A DNA stretch of 64,000 nucleotides from Schmidtea polychroa (Eukaryota). The position numbers were made by a program, and so were the translations under genes. The stretch lies in assembly GCA_044892525.1 (NCBI GenBank), contig CM097885.1:189472001-189536000 (forward strand), read 5' to 3'. Below, one piece after another: positions 54,985 to 64,000 of the stretch (position 1 is its first letter; each line of letters opens with the position of its first letter). The notes beneath the pieces were generated by a model that was not told where the DNA came from, did not search any database, and saw only the letters and a list, made by a program, of their open reading frames with translations.

Positions 54985-55894
54985 TGTTAGGTTCGATAGG
55001 TAGGTAGTCGAACTAACACAAAAAATCTGACTCCAAATAAATAATTTATGCGTGTAGGTAATAAATAAGAAATATGATTTAAAACGTTTATTAACAATAA
55101 AATTTACAGGATTGTTTATTTTTGTACAAATAAATCACGCTGCTCTCTAAAGGAAAGAAAACGGTTATACAAACCGTCCTGAAGAGTATTTCTAAGAATC
55201 AAGGCTGGCCCTAAATGCGCCAACAGCCCGATATAGGTGAACGGAAAAGAGATAGGGAAGTTTACCAAATTTTTACGCGATGGAGTTAACCCAGAAATTG
55301 GTTAACTCTTTTTCAACAAATATTAATAGCGAAACAACACAAAAATACGTGCTGACGCTATGGCTTCCCTTATTTAAGTTTAATTTAATTTAAACAAATA
55401 AGTCTTTTATGCAAATATTTGATAATTATTTAAATAATTGATAAAACTAACTAATTTGATCTCTTTCTAAAATGGCTCCAAAGAATATTAAACTCAATTC
55501 ACGAATATTCAAAATTAATTCCTATTGATCGGTATATCTAATATCACTTGAAATTCTCCAATCGGATTGAAGTTTTTGAATGAAGTAAAATTCCAATTAA
55601 TTTTCTCTCGCTCGATGAACTTCTGACTATAGTTAAATTCCTAAATTAGTTTTATTTCAGAATCGGATTGATTTTTTCTATCTAAATTTAGCTCCTGTGG
55701 TTTTTTCTTAAATTCACTTATCTCGATTTCGTCCTCCTCGATCAATGAAATTTTTCTGGTATTTATATGACTTTAGTTATATCAAATCTATTAATAGTAA
55801 TTATTAATTACTATTTTTATTGTATATTTATTTTTAGTAATTATTTATTACTTAAACCCAAACTTTTGATTCTGGTTCCTACTGAACCCCAACA
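54985..55894 (-). mobile_element. 3' LTR (910 bp)
   Basis: TGTTGGGG...CCTAACA termini on the minus strand; follows PPT AGGGGGAAGA; homologous to 27422-28173. Confidence 0.85.
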
Positions 55895-56419
55895 TGTCTT
55901 CCCCCTAACAAGATTTTCGTCCCGAAAATTAAAGTGGTAAAGACAAGACAATTGCAGCTGATACATAAAATAAAAATATAAAAATAAAATTAAAACAACT
56001 GAATAAAATATATATAATGCAAGCAAAATCAAAATAAAATAATCAAAGATCGTTCATGAAGGAAATGTTAAACAAAATCAACAATGAAATCACTTAATCA
56101 AATATTGTTCATAAAGTAAATGTTTGTCGATTTGAATAATTGGATTGGATTGAGTTTGTCGAAGGTGCTGGGATTGAGGACGTATAGCAAATTGCTAGGT
56201 CCATTGAACACATAGCCGAATGATGTTTTCTTTTTAAATTTTAGATCTTGTAGCTTAAGTAGTGGTGCTACAGCTTGAGGTAATGTTCCTCCTTCTGCTC
56301 CTTGTTTGGGTTCACTCAACGGGGCCAACGCCTTTAAGATCTTGGTGACCCGTTCCACTATCTTTGCTGCTGGTGGTGATTTTTCTGTTTCCATTTTGGC
56401 CTAATTCACCACTCTACCG

Positions 56420-57847
56420 TCATTGGTATTGGGTGACTTGGAGGCAGTTATCGTCTGCACTCTCACAAGTGGCATAGTCTTCTTCATCAGCAATTGAGAT
56501 GGCTGGCGGCGACAAGGAATCTTCTTCCACTATTTTCTGCAATTTTGACCTGGGAATATCTTCTTTTACATAGCTCTCCATAGCTAAAGGTTTCTGCATG
56601 CTTGAAGTTCCGGGTTCCATCTGCTTTATTTGTGAAGACACCACCTCTTTCCGGGTGTCTGGTGAAATGTCATCAACCCAGATATCTCGTAAATTGTCGT
56701 AAATCTCCTTAATGGTTGTGACATCATTCTCCGTTTGAAGGTCCGAGAAGTGATGTGCCTCTTTACCGGTGACTGCTTTTGCCAGATATGCCAAACGGTA
56801 ATACCCGTTGCATTTCTTTAAGTCCCTACTTTCGAGACATTTAGCTGTGCCTAACTCACGGATTCCGAGTGCGCGCTGGATTGGGAATTTGATTACTTCT
56901 AATAAGTCCTTTACTAGCAATCCCACGATGATTTTCCCATCGCAGATTTTCCTAATTCTTTCGGCACAGTCTTCTCCGTCGAACTGTCCTGTTATTTCTC
57001 TCTCGGTCATACCATGCGCATGCGATTGGTAATGTTTGACCTGTGCTCTGGGGGTAACTCTCGTGTTGAGTATCAGATCGCCATTGAAATGTGAGATTGA
57101 GATGGCCACAATTGCCGGTTTCAGGAATTGTCGTAGTGTAGCGTAGTGAGCTTCTACGAAAATGGTGAGATTATTTTCTTGTCTAGGATCCAAGCGCTGT
57201 CTAATGAAAGACTTAAACGTTTTGATGTCGGTATCATTAACGTTATATGTCCAATTTGGGTCATTAACCCATCTCGTTGGTGTTTCTCTGTGAGGTTCCA
57301 GAATTTCCATTGCTACTATGGTATCTATTCCCTCACATAACAGTGAGATGTTCTTTTCCCTTCCATCCCCGTTTTCAATTTCCAGGGTTGTATGCTTTTG
57401 CAGCAAAATGAGGTTTGTGGCACCAGGAACATAAACCGTAAATGGTTTGTTGATGGCGTGTATCCACAGGTGGTTGGTCAGACTATGTCTGCCAAACTCA
57501 GGCATGACCTCGGTAAGCCTAATACTACCGTTATGCTTGCCCGGTATTCTTGAGATAATCATTTGACGCTTTGGGGCTTCGTCAAATTTAAAATTATTGG
57601 GTATGCCTGAGCAATGTCCGTAAAACCAGTGCCTTTGCCCTTTTCTGCTTTGCTCTATTACCTGCTTCTCGAGGTTTTTGTAAATAAGTTTTTCTTTTAG
57701 CAAGGTCGTAGCACGTATAATGCTATGTCTTCCTTGGTATTGGGATATTGGGTGGCTCTGCATTCCTGAAATAAAAATCATTAACCATAATATCAGATAT
57801 ACTGATATGCCATAATAGGCTAAACAGATATGCATGAGTCTTATCAT
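56420..57847 (-). CDS. ORF2: N-terminal signal/TM plus REX4/ISG20-like DEDDh exonuclease fold (degenerate catalytic motifs); tail continues out of frame at 56098-56394
   Basis: AIVAISISHFNGDLILNTRVTP..VKHY..HGMT..., GKIIVG..KDL, IRE, LAYLA and ENDV..IKEIY parallel REX4 motifs. Confidence 0.75.
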   Translation of the reverse strand: MIRLMHICLAYYGISVYLILWLMIFISGMQSHPISQYQGRHSIIRATTLLKEKLIYKNLEKQVIEQSRKGQRHWFYGHCSGIPNNFKFDEAPKRQMIISRIPGKHNGSIRLTEVMPEFGRHSLTNHLWIHAINKPFTVYVPGATNLILLQKHTTLEIENGDGREKNISLLCEGIDTIVAMEILEPHRETPTRWVNDPNWTYNVNDTDIKTFKSFIRQRLDPRQENNLTIFVEAHYATLRQFLKPAIVAISISHFNGDLILNTRVTPRAQVKHYQSHAHGMTEREITGQFDGEDCAERIRKICDGKIIVGLLVKDLLEVIKFPIQRALGIRELGTAKCLESRDLKKCNGYYRLAYLAKAVTGKEAHHFSDLQTENDVTTIKEIYDNLRDIWVDDISPDTRKEVVSSQIKQMEPGTSSMQKPLAMESYVKEDIPRSKLQKIVEEDSLSPPAISIADEEDYATCESADDNCLQVTQYQ

Positions 57848-57961
57848 AAAAGATCTACATATGCTGAATTTTAATGCTACCTGGAGCTCTACGTAAATAT
57901 AGATTTTAAGATATATATAAATATTTATATATGATTTTTCCCTCGGTGGAGTCTGTAATTG

Positions 57962-60900
57962 TCATAATTGCGACATCAGTACTCCATCGTAAGCCCTTAT
58001 GGCTTGTCTGAAATATAGCTTGGTCCAAATCCCCATAACTATCAGTGTAGTTATTAGTGATAGTACGGCCGATACCGTAATCCATACCCCTATGGGTATT
58101 TTCAGAATATATCCTGCATTAAAGTTTGTGATGGCATTACAGTCACAATAGTTTGTCAGGTTTGGGGTCGTTGGACAAGATATTTGTTTGATCGGTGGTA
58201 ACTGTCTAAGATGTTGCCACATCGCGGGATGTATCACCATGTTCTCCCGGACTACTTTTGGTGGTGTTTTCGTTATAACTGGCTGTTTCAGAGGTAATAT
58301 CTCCTCGAATACCTCGAACCACCTATCGTCCTGCCGTTTCCTCGGACTATAGTATATAACTAGAACCGAATATTCTACGGACTGATTTAGATACATTTCT
58401 TGGGAGGGAGAGTTCTGGTCTAACCATAATGTTTCTCTCGTGGTTGGTCCGTCTAGAATGCTGATTTTCACCTTCTCCTCCCTGCTAATTTGCTGGCTAA
58501 ACTTTACTTTATCCTTTTCGTAGGATATCGATATGCGATTTGTAAAATCCGCCGTCCTTAGTATCCAATTTGATACGTGATAGGTATACCAACCGCTCTG
58601 ATATAACCGTGACGCTGCGATATGCAGTTTATAATCCGTCTCTGCTTTTAAATCATATAATTCCCACTCTTTTTCTTCTGAATTGAGTTGGCGGATCCGC
58701 AAGTACTTGTTGTAGAAATGTAAATTGAATTTTGTAGCGTTATCGCACGTGGTGAGTATGCTAATTCCGTGATACGTTCTTATAAAATGTAAGTGTTCCA
58801 CTTGCATAGCCATAGGCTGAAAATATGCTTTTCTATCCCTTTTTGCCATTGCCAAAGTCATCATGCAGCTTATTATCAACAAAAAGGTTACTGATTTTGG
58901 AACACCCCTTGATCTCAATGGGTATCGGTGTTCTTGTGCTTCTTCGGTAATGTTTGGTTTCACCTGTTTTTCTAGTGCTTTTACTTTTGAATTTCCAGAA
59001 GTTCCTTTTGTTGGGATTTCACACTTTTTACACCGGTTAGCATGTACCATTATTGGTTCTGCTTTTCTGTTGGCCACAAGTTGTAATATGAGATTTGTAT
59101 CTGTGGTTCTCAATACCTCATATGGCCCTTTGAAATTTCGCATGAGTTTTGGTGATAAGCCTTTCTTGTTATAATGACTTTCCAACATCACCTGGTCTCC
59201 AACCAATATGCCATGATCCTTGGCTTTTCTGTCATGATAATCTTTGGATGCCTCCTGATTATATTTTATACTGAGGCCTGCTCTAGCCCATGCTTCCTGC
59301 ATTCTTTCCCTCATTTCCATTAGATAATCTTCCTGGTCTAAATACTGTGTTGCTTTAGGGAAAAACAACAGATCTACTGGCATTTTACTTTGCCTTAAGT
59401 ACATTAGGTAAAATGGTGTTTTACCTGTTCCTTCGTGCACTGCATTCCTGTATGCAAATAAACAGGATGGAATGTGGATGTCCCAATCCGTTTGCCCTGA
59501 ATTTACATATGATGCTAACATATTAGCTAATGTTCCATTAAATCGTTCTACTAGCCCATACGTCTGTGGGTGATATGGGGAAGTATTCAGCTTTAAAACT
59601 CCAAAATAATCATTTATTCCTTTGAGCAAATTACTCATGAAATCAGCTCCCCGATCCGTTAATAACTTTGTAGGTACTCCATACCTAAAGACGATTTGTT
59701 CAACGAAGATTCTAGCTATTGTATCAGCTTTGTGATTAGGCATCGGGTAGGCTTCTGGCCACTTCGTCAAGTAATCGCAGAACACTAAAATGTACTTGTT
59801 TCCGCTATTAGATTCTTTGAATGCCGTCATTTCCATAGGTGTAGATGGTACTGGCATCGGCTTCATTGGTACGTGTGGTTTCTTTCCGGTGTTTCTTCTG
59901 GTGATACAGATCTTACATGTCTGACACCAGGTTTTAACATCTTGTTTCATACCGGGCCAAAAATATTTTTGTTTTAGCCTTGACAATGTTTTTCTAGATG
60001 ACAGATGGCCTCCTAAGGCTCCATCGTGATACTGAAACATGAGTGCTTCACGGTAATTCTTAGGAACCATTATAACGTTATCTCTTACATCTGAGTATTT
60101 AACTAATCCTTCCTCCAGCACAAACTTGTCTTTATTCTTTTCCCAGTATTTTGTGAATTCTGTGGGCACGTATTTTGCTTCCAAGGCTTGACGAATAACG
60201 TTGATTTCTTCGTCAGATTTTTGTGCCTCCATTAAATCAGCTAGCCGGTTGGCTTCTCTGGTCAATGTGAAGATAGTCCCTTCGAGACGTCCTTCCTTCA
60301 CATCCTCTGCTTCCTCCTCCTGGTCCATTCTCGATAACGCGTCTGCATTTCCATTATGATCTCCCTTTCTATAATGGATTTCTATGTCATATGGCTGTAA
60401 AATAAATGCCCATGTGACTAGTTTTGATGTATCCATTGTGTGTTTTGTTAACCACTGTAATGGTCTATGATCGGTGTACACTATGATCTTTCGACCCGAA
60501 AGATAAGTTCTAAACTGGGTTATAGCATACACAATTGCTAAAGCCTCTAGTTCTATCACTGCGTAGTTTCTCTCGTGCGGTTTTAACCCTCTGCTAGCGT
60601 ATGCAATTGCATACTCATCTCCTAGGTCATCTCTCTGACCTAGCACAGCACCTATGCCCCGAGTGCTGGCATCTGTCATAACTAAAAATTGTCTCTCAAA
60701 GTCTGGAAATCGCAATATAGGTGGCTTGACGAGTTTTTCCTTGAGCATATCAAATGCTTCTTGCTGTTCTGTTCCCCACACAAATATGACGTTTTTGCCT
60801 TCTAACTGCGTGAGTGGAAAAGCTATAACCGAGAAGTTTCTAATGAACTTATTATAGTATCCAACTAGGCCTAAAAACCCTTTGATATGTTTAACGGTTT

Positions 60901-63900
60901 TAGGTTCCGGGAAATTCTTTACCTTTTCAACATTAGCTGGATCGGGTTTAACCCCGTCTCGTGATATGATATGGCCAACATATACCACTTCTGGTTCAGC
61001 CCATTTACATTTGGTTGGTTTCACTTTCATGTTGGCGTTGATCAACCTCTTGAATACATCTTCTAAATGTTCCAAGTGTTTTTCCAAATTTGGCGAGAAT
61101 ACTATGACGTCGTCAATGTATACCATCGCATGATGTACATCCATGAGCATCAAATTCATTGCTCTTTGAAATGTGGCTGGAGCTCCTGTGAGTCCAAATG
61201 GCATTACGTTATATTCGTAATGACCCATACTCGTAGAGAACGCTGTTATTGGTATAGTCTCATCTTTTAACTTAATTTGATAGAATCCCTTTTGGGCGTC
61301 CATTACTGAGAAGAACCTAGCATTTCTCATACGTCCATAGATATAATCTAACAATGGCAATGGATGGCTATCTTTGCATGTTGCTTCATTAACCATGCGA
61401 AAGTCGTTACATAATCGTACTGATCCATCCTTCTTGGCCACCACTATCATTGGTGATTGATATGGTGATTTACTATGCCTGATTATGCCATGTTTTAACA
61501 TCAATTCCACCTGTTTATCTACTGATTCCTCCAGACTGAATGGAATACGGTATGGTCTCAACTTTATAGGTTTTGTATTGGTGAGAACAATCTCATGTTC
61601 TAACAAGTTTGTTTTTCCCAGATCGTATTCATGTTTTGCGAATACCTGGTCATATTTCCTCAATAGCATATTTACTTGGATGTTTTCCTTTCTGGTTAGC
61701 ACTTTGCTATTTGCCGTAGGTGCATCGTAGTACTCAATGTCTGGATCTCTTTCTTCTGCCTTTACGGTGAGTATCGACCCTTCTCCCGTGGCTTGTGGCT
61801 CGTTTTGTTTCCAGATTCTGCCCACTCTGGTATTTGGATATAAGTAAAGTGGTTTAATGTCCAGATTGGCTACCCTGATTGGTATTCTGCCATTGACTAT
61901 TAAACCTACGCTATGAGTAACTGGTATGTTGTATTTCTCCGAAAATCTTTCGTCTGGTTCGAATACAACTTCACCTTCCCAATTATTGCTTGTAGCTACA
62001 AAACATACTGTTTCTGCTCTGGGTGGTATGATAGTTGTATGATCTATATAAGCTGTATCATCGTTGTAAATTTTTCTCTTTTTACCTCGTGCTCGGATTA
62101 ACAATCCAGATGCACAATCGAATACTACTCCTCGTAGTCTTTTTAGGATGTCCATACCCAATAGACATTCGGCTGGGAGACTTCTCATCACTATGATGTC
62201 GTGATGGAGCTCTTGATCACATAGCTTAATCTGGCAAGATAATGATCCTATTACATTTAATGAGGATCCGTTTGCTCCTGTTAATTTTACTCCTGCTGGT
62301 TTTAGCGACTGCAATTCATGATGGTTTAACAGTTTAGCTTCAATTATGGTACCATCTGCTCCTGAGTCTATCACCGCATTAACTGTATGTCGGTTCACTC
62401 TTATTTTTATCATTGGCTTTTTATCCAAATTCACTGGGTTATTGACCATCAAGATAGTATCGTGCGAGATGCCGACTGTATTGGCTCTCGTTTGTTCTGC
62501 TTCCAGTAATTCAGGATCACTCAGTTGAGGATTATACTCTTTAAATTTAGCTTTAATTGAATCTAACGCTTCCTTTGGATAGTGCACTTTAGGTAATTCT
62601 GGCAATGTTGAGCATGTCAAATTATTAAATATGGTATCTTCACCGATTTTCCATTGGTGTCGTCCTGTTCTGAGTGTTGTTTCCCTTGAATGTTCCCGCC
62701 CTTCGTTTGGTGAGGATGGTAAACTCCTCAGAGTTTGCAATTGTACATATCTTGGGCTTCTCTTGAATCTGGGTGACCTTAAGTCGTATTTTTGGTCGGA
62801 ACTGTCATATTCTCCTTCTGATGACTGTTTTTTCACGTAGATTTCCTTTGATTGGTCATATGGAGGAAGATATTCCTTAAATCTCGATTTTCTTTGTTGC
62901 TGAATCGGTTTTTTGTTGTAGTTCTGTTTTCGTGATTGATTTGATCTTGAGGATGTTTCACGAGAGCCTCCATTACCTCCTCCCTTAGAATTGTTATCGT
63001 CCCGATAACTAGAATACTCCTCCATTTCTGTTCCAATTACTTCATGTTTGACCAAATGTTTCTGTCTAATTTCTTTAATTTCCTTTCTGTGATGTTTGAA
63101 TAATGCAAACTCTGCACACATAGGACATAGTCCTAATAGCAGTTTCCATGACCATCCTCCAATTTTGAATATGCTATATGTTGACATCAGTTGTGTAATT
63201 ATCAGCTTTAAAATTACAAATATTGCGTAAATTTCTGAACATCCCGCAACGAATATACCAAAATTGGTAAATCGTCCCCATATTTTCATCATTACGTTCT
63301 TTGCTGCTTCTTTATAGTGTTCCGGTCCAAATAATAGATTGTAATCTGGTCGTATTAAGCTATCATGATAAATTGTTCTTATAATTTGCGTGATACCTCT
63401 GTCTCTGATTTGTGGGAATAGCAATGTTCTACTTGCTTCCTCGATATCGTCGGGAGTGTAAATCCCTCCTTTTGCTAATTCGTCCAGTGACTTGAATTCC
63501 AGATTATCTTTTAGTTTAGTTACCTCCAAGGTCTCTACCCGTTGTGTAGATGGTTTTCTTTCCGGCAGGGATATCCACATGTCATTTATTTTGTATAATG
63601 GTGATATTGCCGGGTTGCATATAGCTGGTTGAGGTTTAGCGTTTTCCTCCAGTAACTTTCTGGTTACAGGCATAACAAATCTCAATTTTCCCTGGTAAGA
63701 CACTGGCAGTTCTAGAGTGCACTGATTAAATCTGGCTAATTGTACTTCCACTGGTTTACACTCATAGCTATATATAGCTTCCCCCATGATTCTGCCAAAC
63801 ATTCCGTCTTCCAATAACATTGGAGTAACCAACTCTGGGTTAACGATAGATCTATTTCTGACTATTTCACAATTTAACTTGCAATCGTTTAGTATCACCT

Positions 63901-64000
63901 CTTGATACATATCCTGCATTTGTCCTTGGAGGTCGTGATATAAATAATCTACTTTATTATTTATATAATTCGTGATTTTGATATCCTTTACGTGTAAGAC
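57962..64000 (-). CDS. Polyprotein: chuvirus-like glycoprotein + TM, linker, protease (~62130-62410), RT (YIDD ~61109-61120), RNase H, integrase, signal peptide, Fn3-like ectodomain, TM
   Basis: 1985-aa ORF; I translated the 27 upstream codons to 64000 and they are also open; motifs VIDSG, LDAQKGFYQ-like, YIDD, TDAS, IELEAL, TDH, H..GH..CxxC, TDRG, VERFN, GPY. Confidence 0.93.
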   Translation of the reverse strand, partial: VLHVKDIKITNYINNKVDYLYHDLQGQMQDMYQEVILNDCKLNCEIVRNRSIVNPELVTPMLLEDGMFGRIMGEAIYSYECKPVEVQLARFNQCTLELPVSYQGKLRFVMPVTRKLLEENAKPQPAICNPAISPLYKINDMWISLPERKPSTQRVETLEVTKLKDNLEFKSLDELAKGGIYTPDDIEEASRTLLFPQIRDRGITQIIRTIYHDSLIRPDYNLLFGPEHYKEAAKNVMMKIWGRFTNFGIFVAGCSEIYAIFVILKLIITQLMSTYSIFKIGGWSWKLLLGLCPMCAEFALFKHHRKEIKEIRQKHLVKHEVIGTEMEEYSSYRDDNNSKGGGNGGSRETSSRSNQSRKQNYNKKPIQQQRKSRFKEYLPPYDQSKEIYVKKQSSEGEYDSSDQKYDLRSPRFKRSPRYVQLQTLRSLPSSPNEGREHSRETTLRTGRHQWKIGEDTIFNNLTCSTLPELPKVHYPKEALDSIKAKFKEYNPQLSDPELLEAEQTRANTVGISHDTILMVNNPVNLDKKPMIKIRVNRHTVNAVIDSGADGTIIEAKLLNHHELQSLKPAGVKLTGANGSSLNVIGSLSCQIKLCDQELHHDIIVMRSLPAECLLGMDILKRLRGVVFDCASGLLIRARGKKRKIYNDDTAYIDHTTIIPPRAETVCFVATSNNWEGEVVFEPDERFSEKYNIPVTHSVGLIVNGRIPIRVANLDIKPLYLYPNTRVGRIWKQNEPQATGEGSILTVKAEERDPDIEYYDAPTANSKVLTRKENIQVNMLLRKYDQVFAKHEYDLGKTNLLEHEIVLTNTKPIKLRPYRIPFSLEESVDKQVELMLKHGIIRHSKSPYQSPMIVVAKKDGSVRLCNDFRMVNEATCKDSHPLPLLDYIYGRMRNARFFSVMDAQKGFYQIKLKDETIPITAFSTSMGHYEYNVMPFGLTGAPATFQRAMNLMLMDVHHAMVYIDDVIVFSPNLEKHLEHLEDVFKRLINANMKVKPTKCKWAEPEVVYVGHIISRDGVKPDPANVEKVKNFPEPKTVKHIKGFLGLVGYYNKFIRNFSVIAFPLTQLEGKNVIFVWGTEQQEAFDMLKEKLVKPPILRFPDFERQFLVMTDASTRGIGAVLGQRDDLGDEYAIAYASRGLKPHERNYAVIELEALAIVYAITQFRTYLSGRKIIVYTDHRPLQWLTKHTMDTSKLVTWAFILQPYDIEIHYRKGDHNGNADALSRMDQEEEAEDVKEGRLEGTIFTLTREANRLADLMEAQKSDEEINVIRQALEAKYVPTEFTKYWEKNKDKFVLEEGLVKYSDVRDNVIMVPKNYREALMFQYHDGALGGHLSSRKTLSRLKQKYFWPGMKQDVKTWCQTCKICITRRNTGKKPHVPMKPMPVPSTPMEMTAFKESNSGNKYILVFCDYLTKWPEAYPMPNHKADTIARIFVEQIVFRYGVPTKLLTDRGADFMSNLLKGINDYFGVLKLNTSPYHPQTYGLVERFNGTLANMLASYVNSGQTDWDIHIPSCLFAYRNAVHEGTGKTPFYLMYLRQSKMPVDLLFFPKATQYLDQEDYLMEMRERMQEAWARAGLSIKYNQEASKDYHDRKAKDHGILVGDQVMLESHYNKKGLSPKLMRNFKGPYEVLRTTDTNLILQLVANRKAEPIMVHANRCKKCEIPTKGTSGNSKVKALEKQVKPNITEEAQEHRYPLRSRGVPKSVTFLLIISCMMTLAMAKRDRKAYFQPMAMQVEHLHFIRTYHGISILTTCDNATKFNLHFYNKYLRIRQLNSEEKEWELYDLKAETDYKLHIAASRLYQSGWYTYHVSNWILRTADFTNRISISYEKDKVKFSQQISREEKVKISILDGPTTRETLWLDQNSPSQEMYLNQSVEYSVLVIYYSPRKRQDDRWFEVFEEILPLKQPVITKTPPKVVRENMVIHPAMWQHLRQLPPIKQISCPTTPNLTNYCDCNAITNFNAGYILKIPIGVWITVSAVLSLITTLIVMGIWTKLYFRQAIRAYDGVLMSQL

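Larger units (their letters stand above)
54985..64000 (-). mobile_element. Envelope-bearing Gypsy-type LTR retroelement; 5' part lies beyond the window
   Basis: Domain order PR-RT-RH-IN; PPT at 55897-55906; 3' LTR at 54985-55894; accessory ORFs. Confidence 0.95.

Noticed and set aside
58863-62840. Several 60-103-aa plus-strand ORFs
   Set aside because: Antisense shadows of the polyprotein.
1-64000. tRNA, rRNA or other structured RNA genes
   Set aside because: None recognisable by eye; the only tRNA-related signal is the PBS at 30334-30351.

Overview
This is AT-rich eukaryotic (animal-like) genomic DNA with three N-gaps (10996-11135, 45794-45974, 46939-47106), and most of it is transposable-element debris. 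The debris includes hAT, MULE, PIF/Harbinger MITE, Penelope, BEL/Pao, Gypsy and R2-like non-LTR pieces plus at least six solo LTRs. Two clear host genes are present: an intronless GT31 beta-1,3-galactosyltransferase (31258-32253 +) and a 4-exon LITAF gene (43555-53765 +). There is also a possible small telobox/Myb gene near 8.1 kb. The main result is an unusual large Gypsy-type LTR retroelement present in two diverged copies: a young one at 54985->64000 (-) and a decayed one at 20440-28173 (+). Its single polyprotein is >2000 aa and open to the window edge. It reads chuvirus-like (class III) glycoprotein + TM, basic linker, protease, RT, RNase H, integrase, then a signal peptide, an Fn3-like ectodomain and a TM. 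A second ORF encodes an N-terminally anchored REX4/ISG20-like DEDDh exonuclease with degenerate catalytic motifs. Substitutions between the copies are mostly synonymous in these accessory modules. A related LTR at 29543-30771 carries a tRNA-Trp-type PBS and the start of gag. All domain calls come from motif recognition by eye, without database searches.
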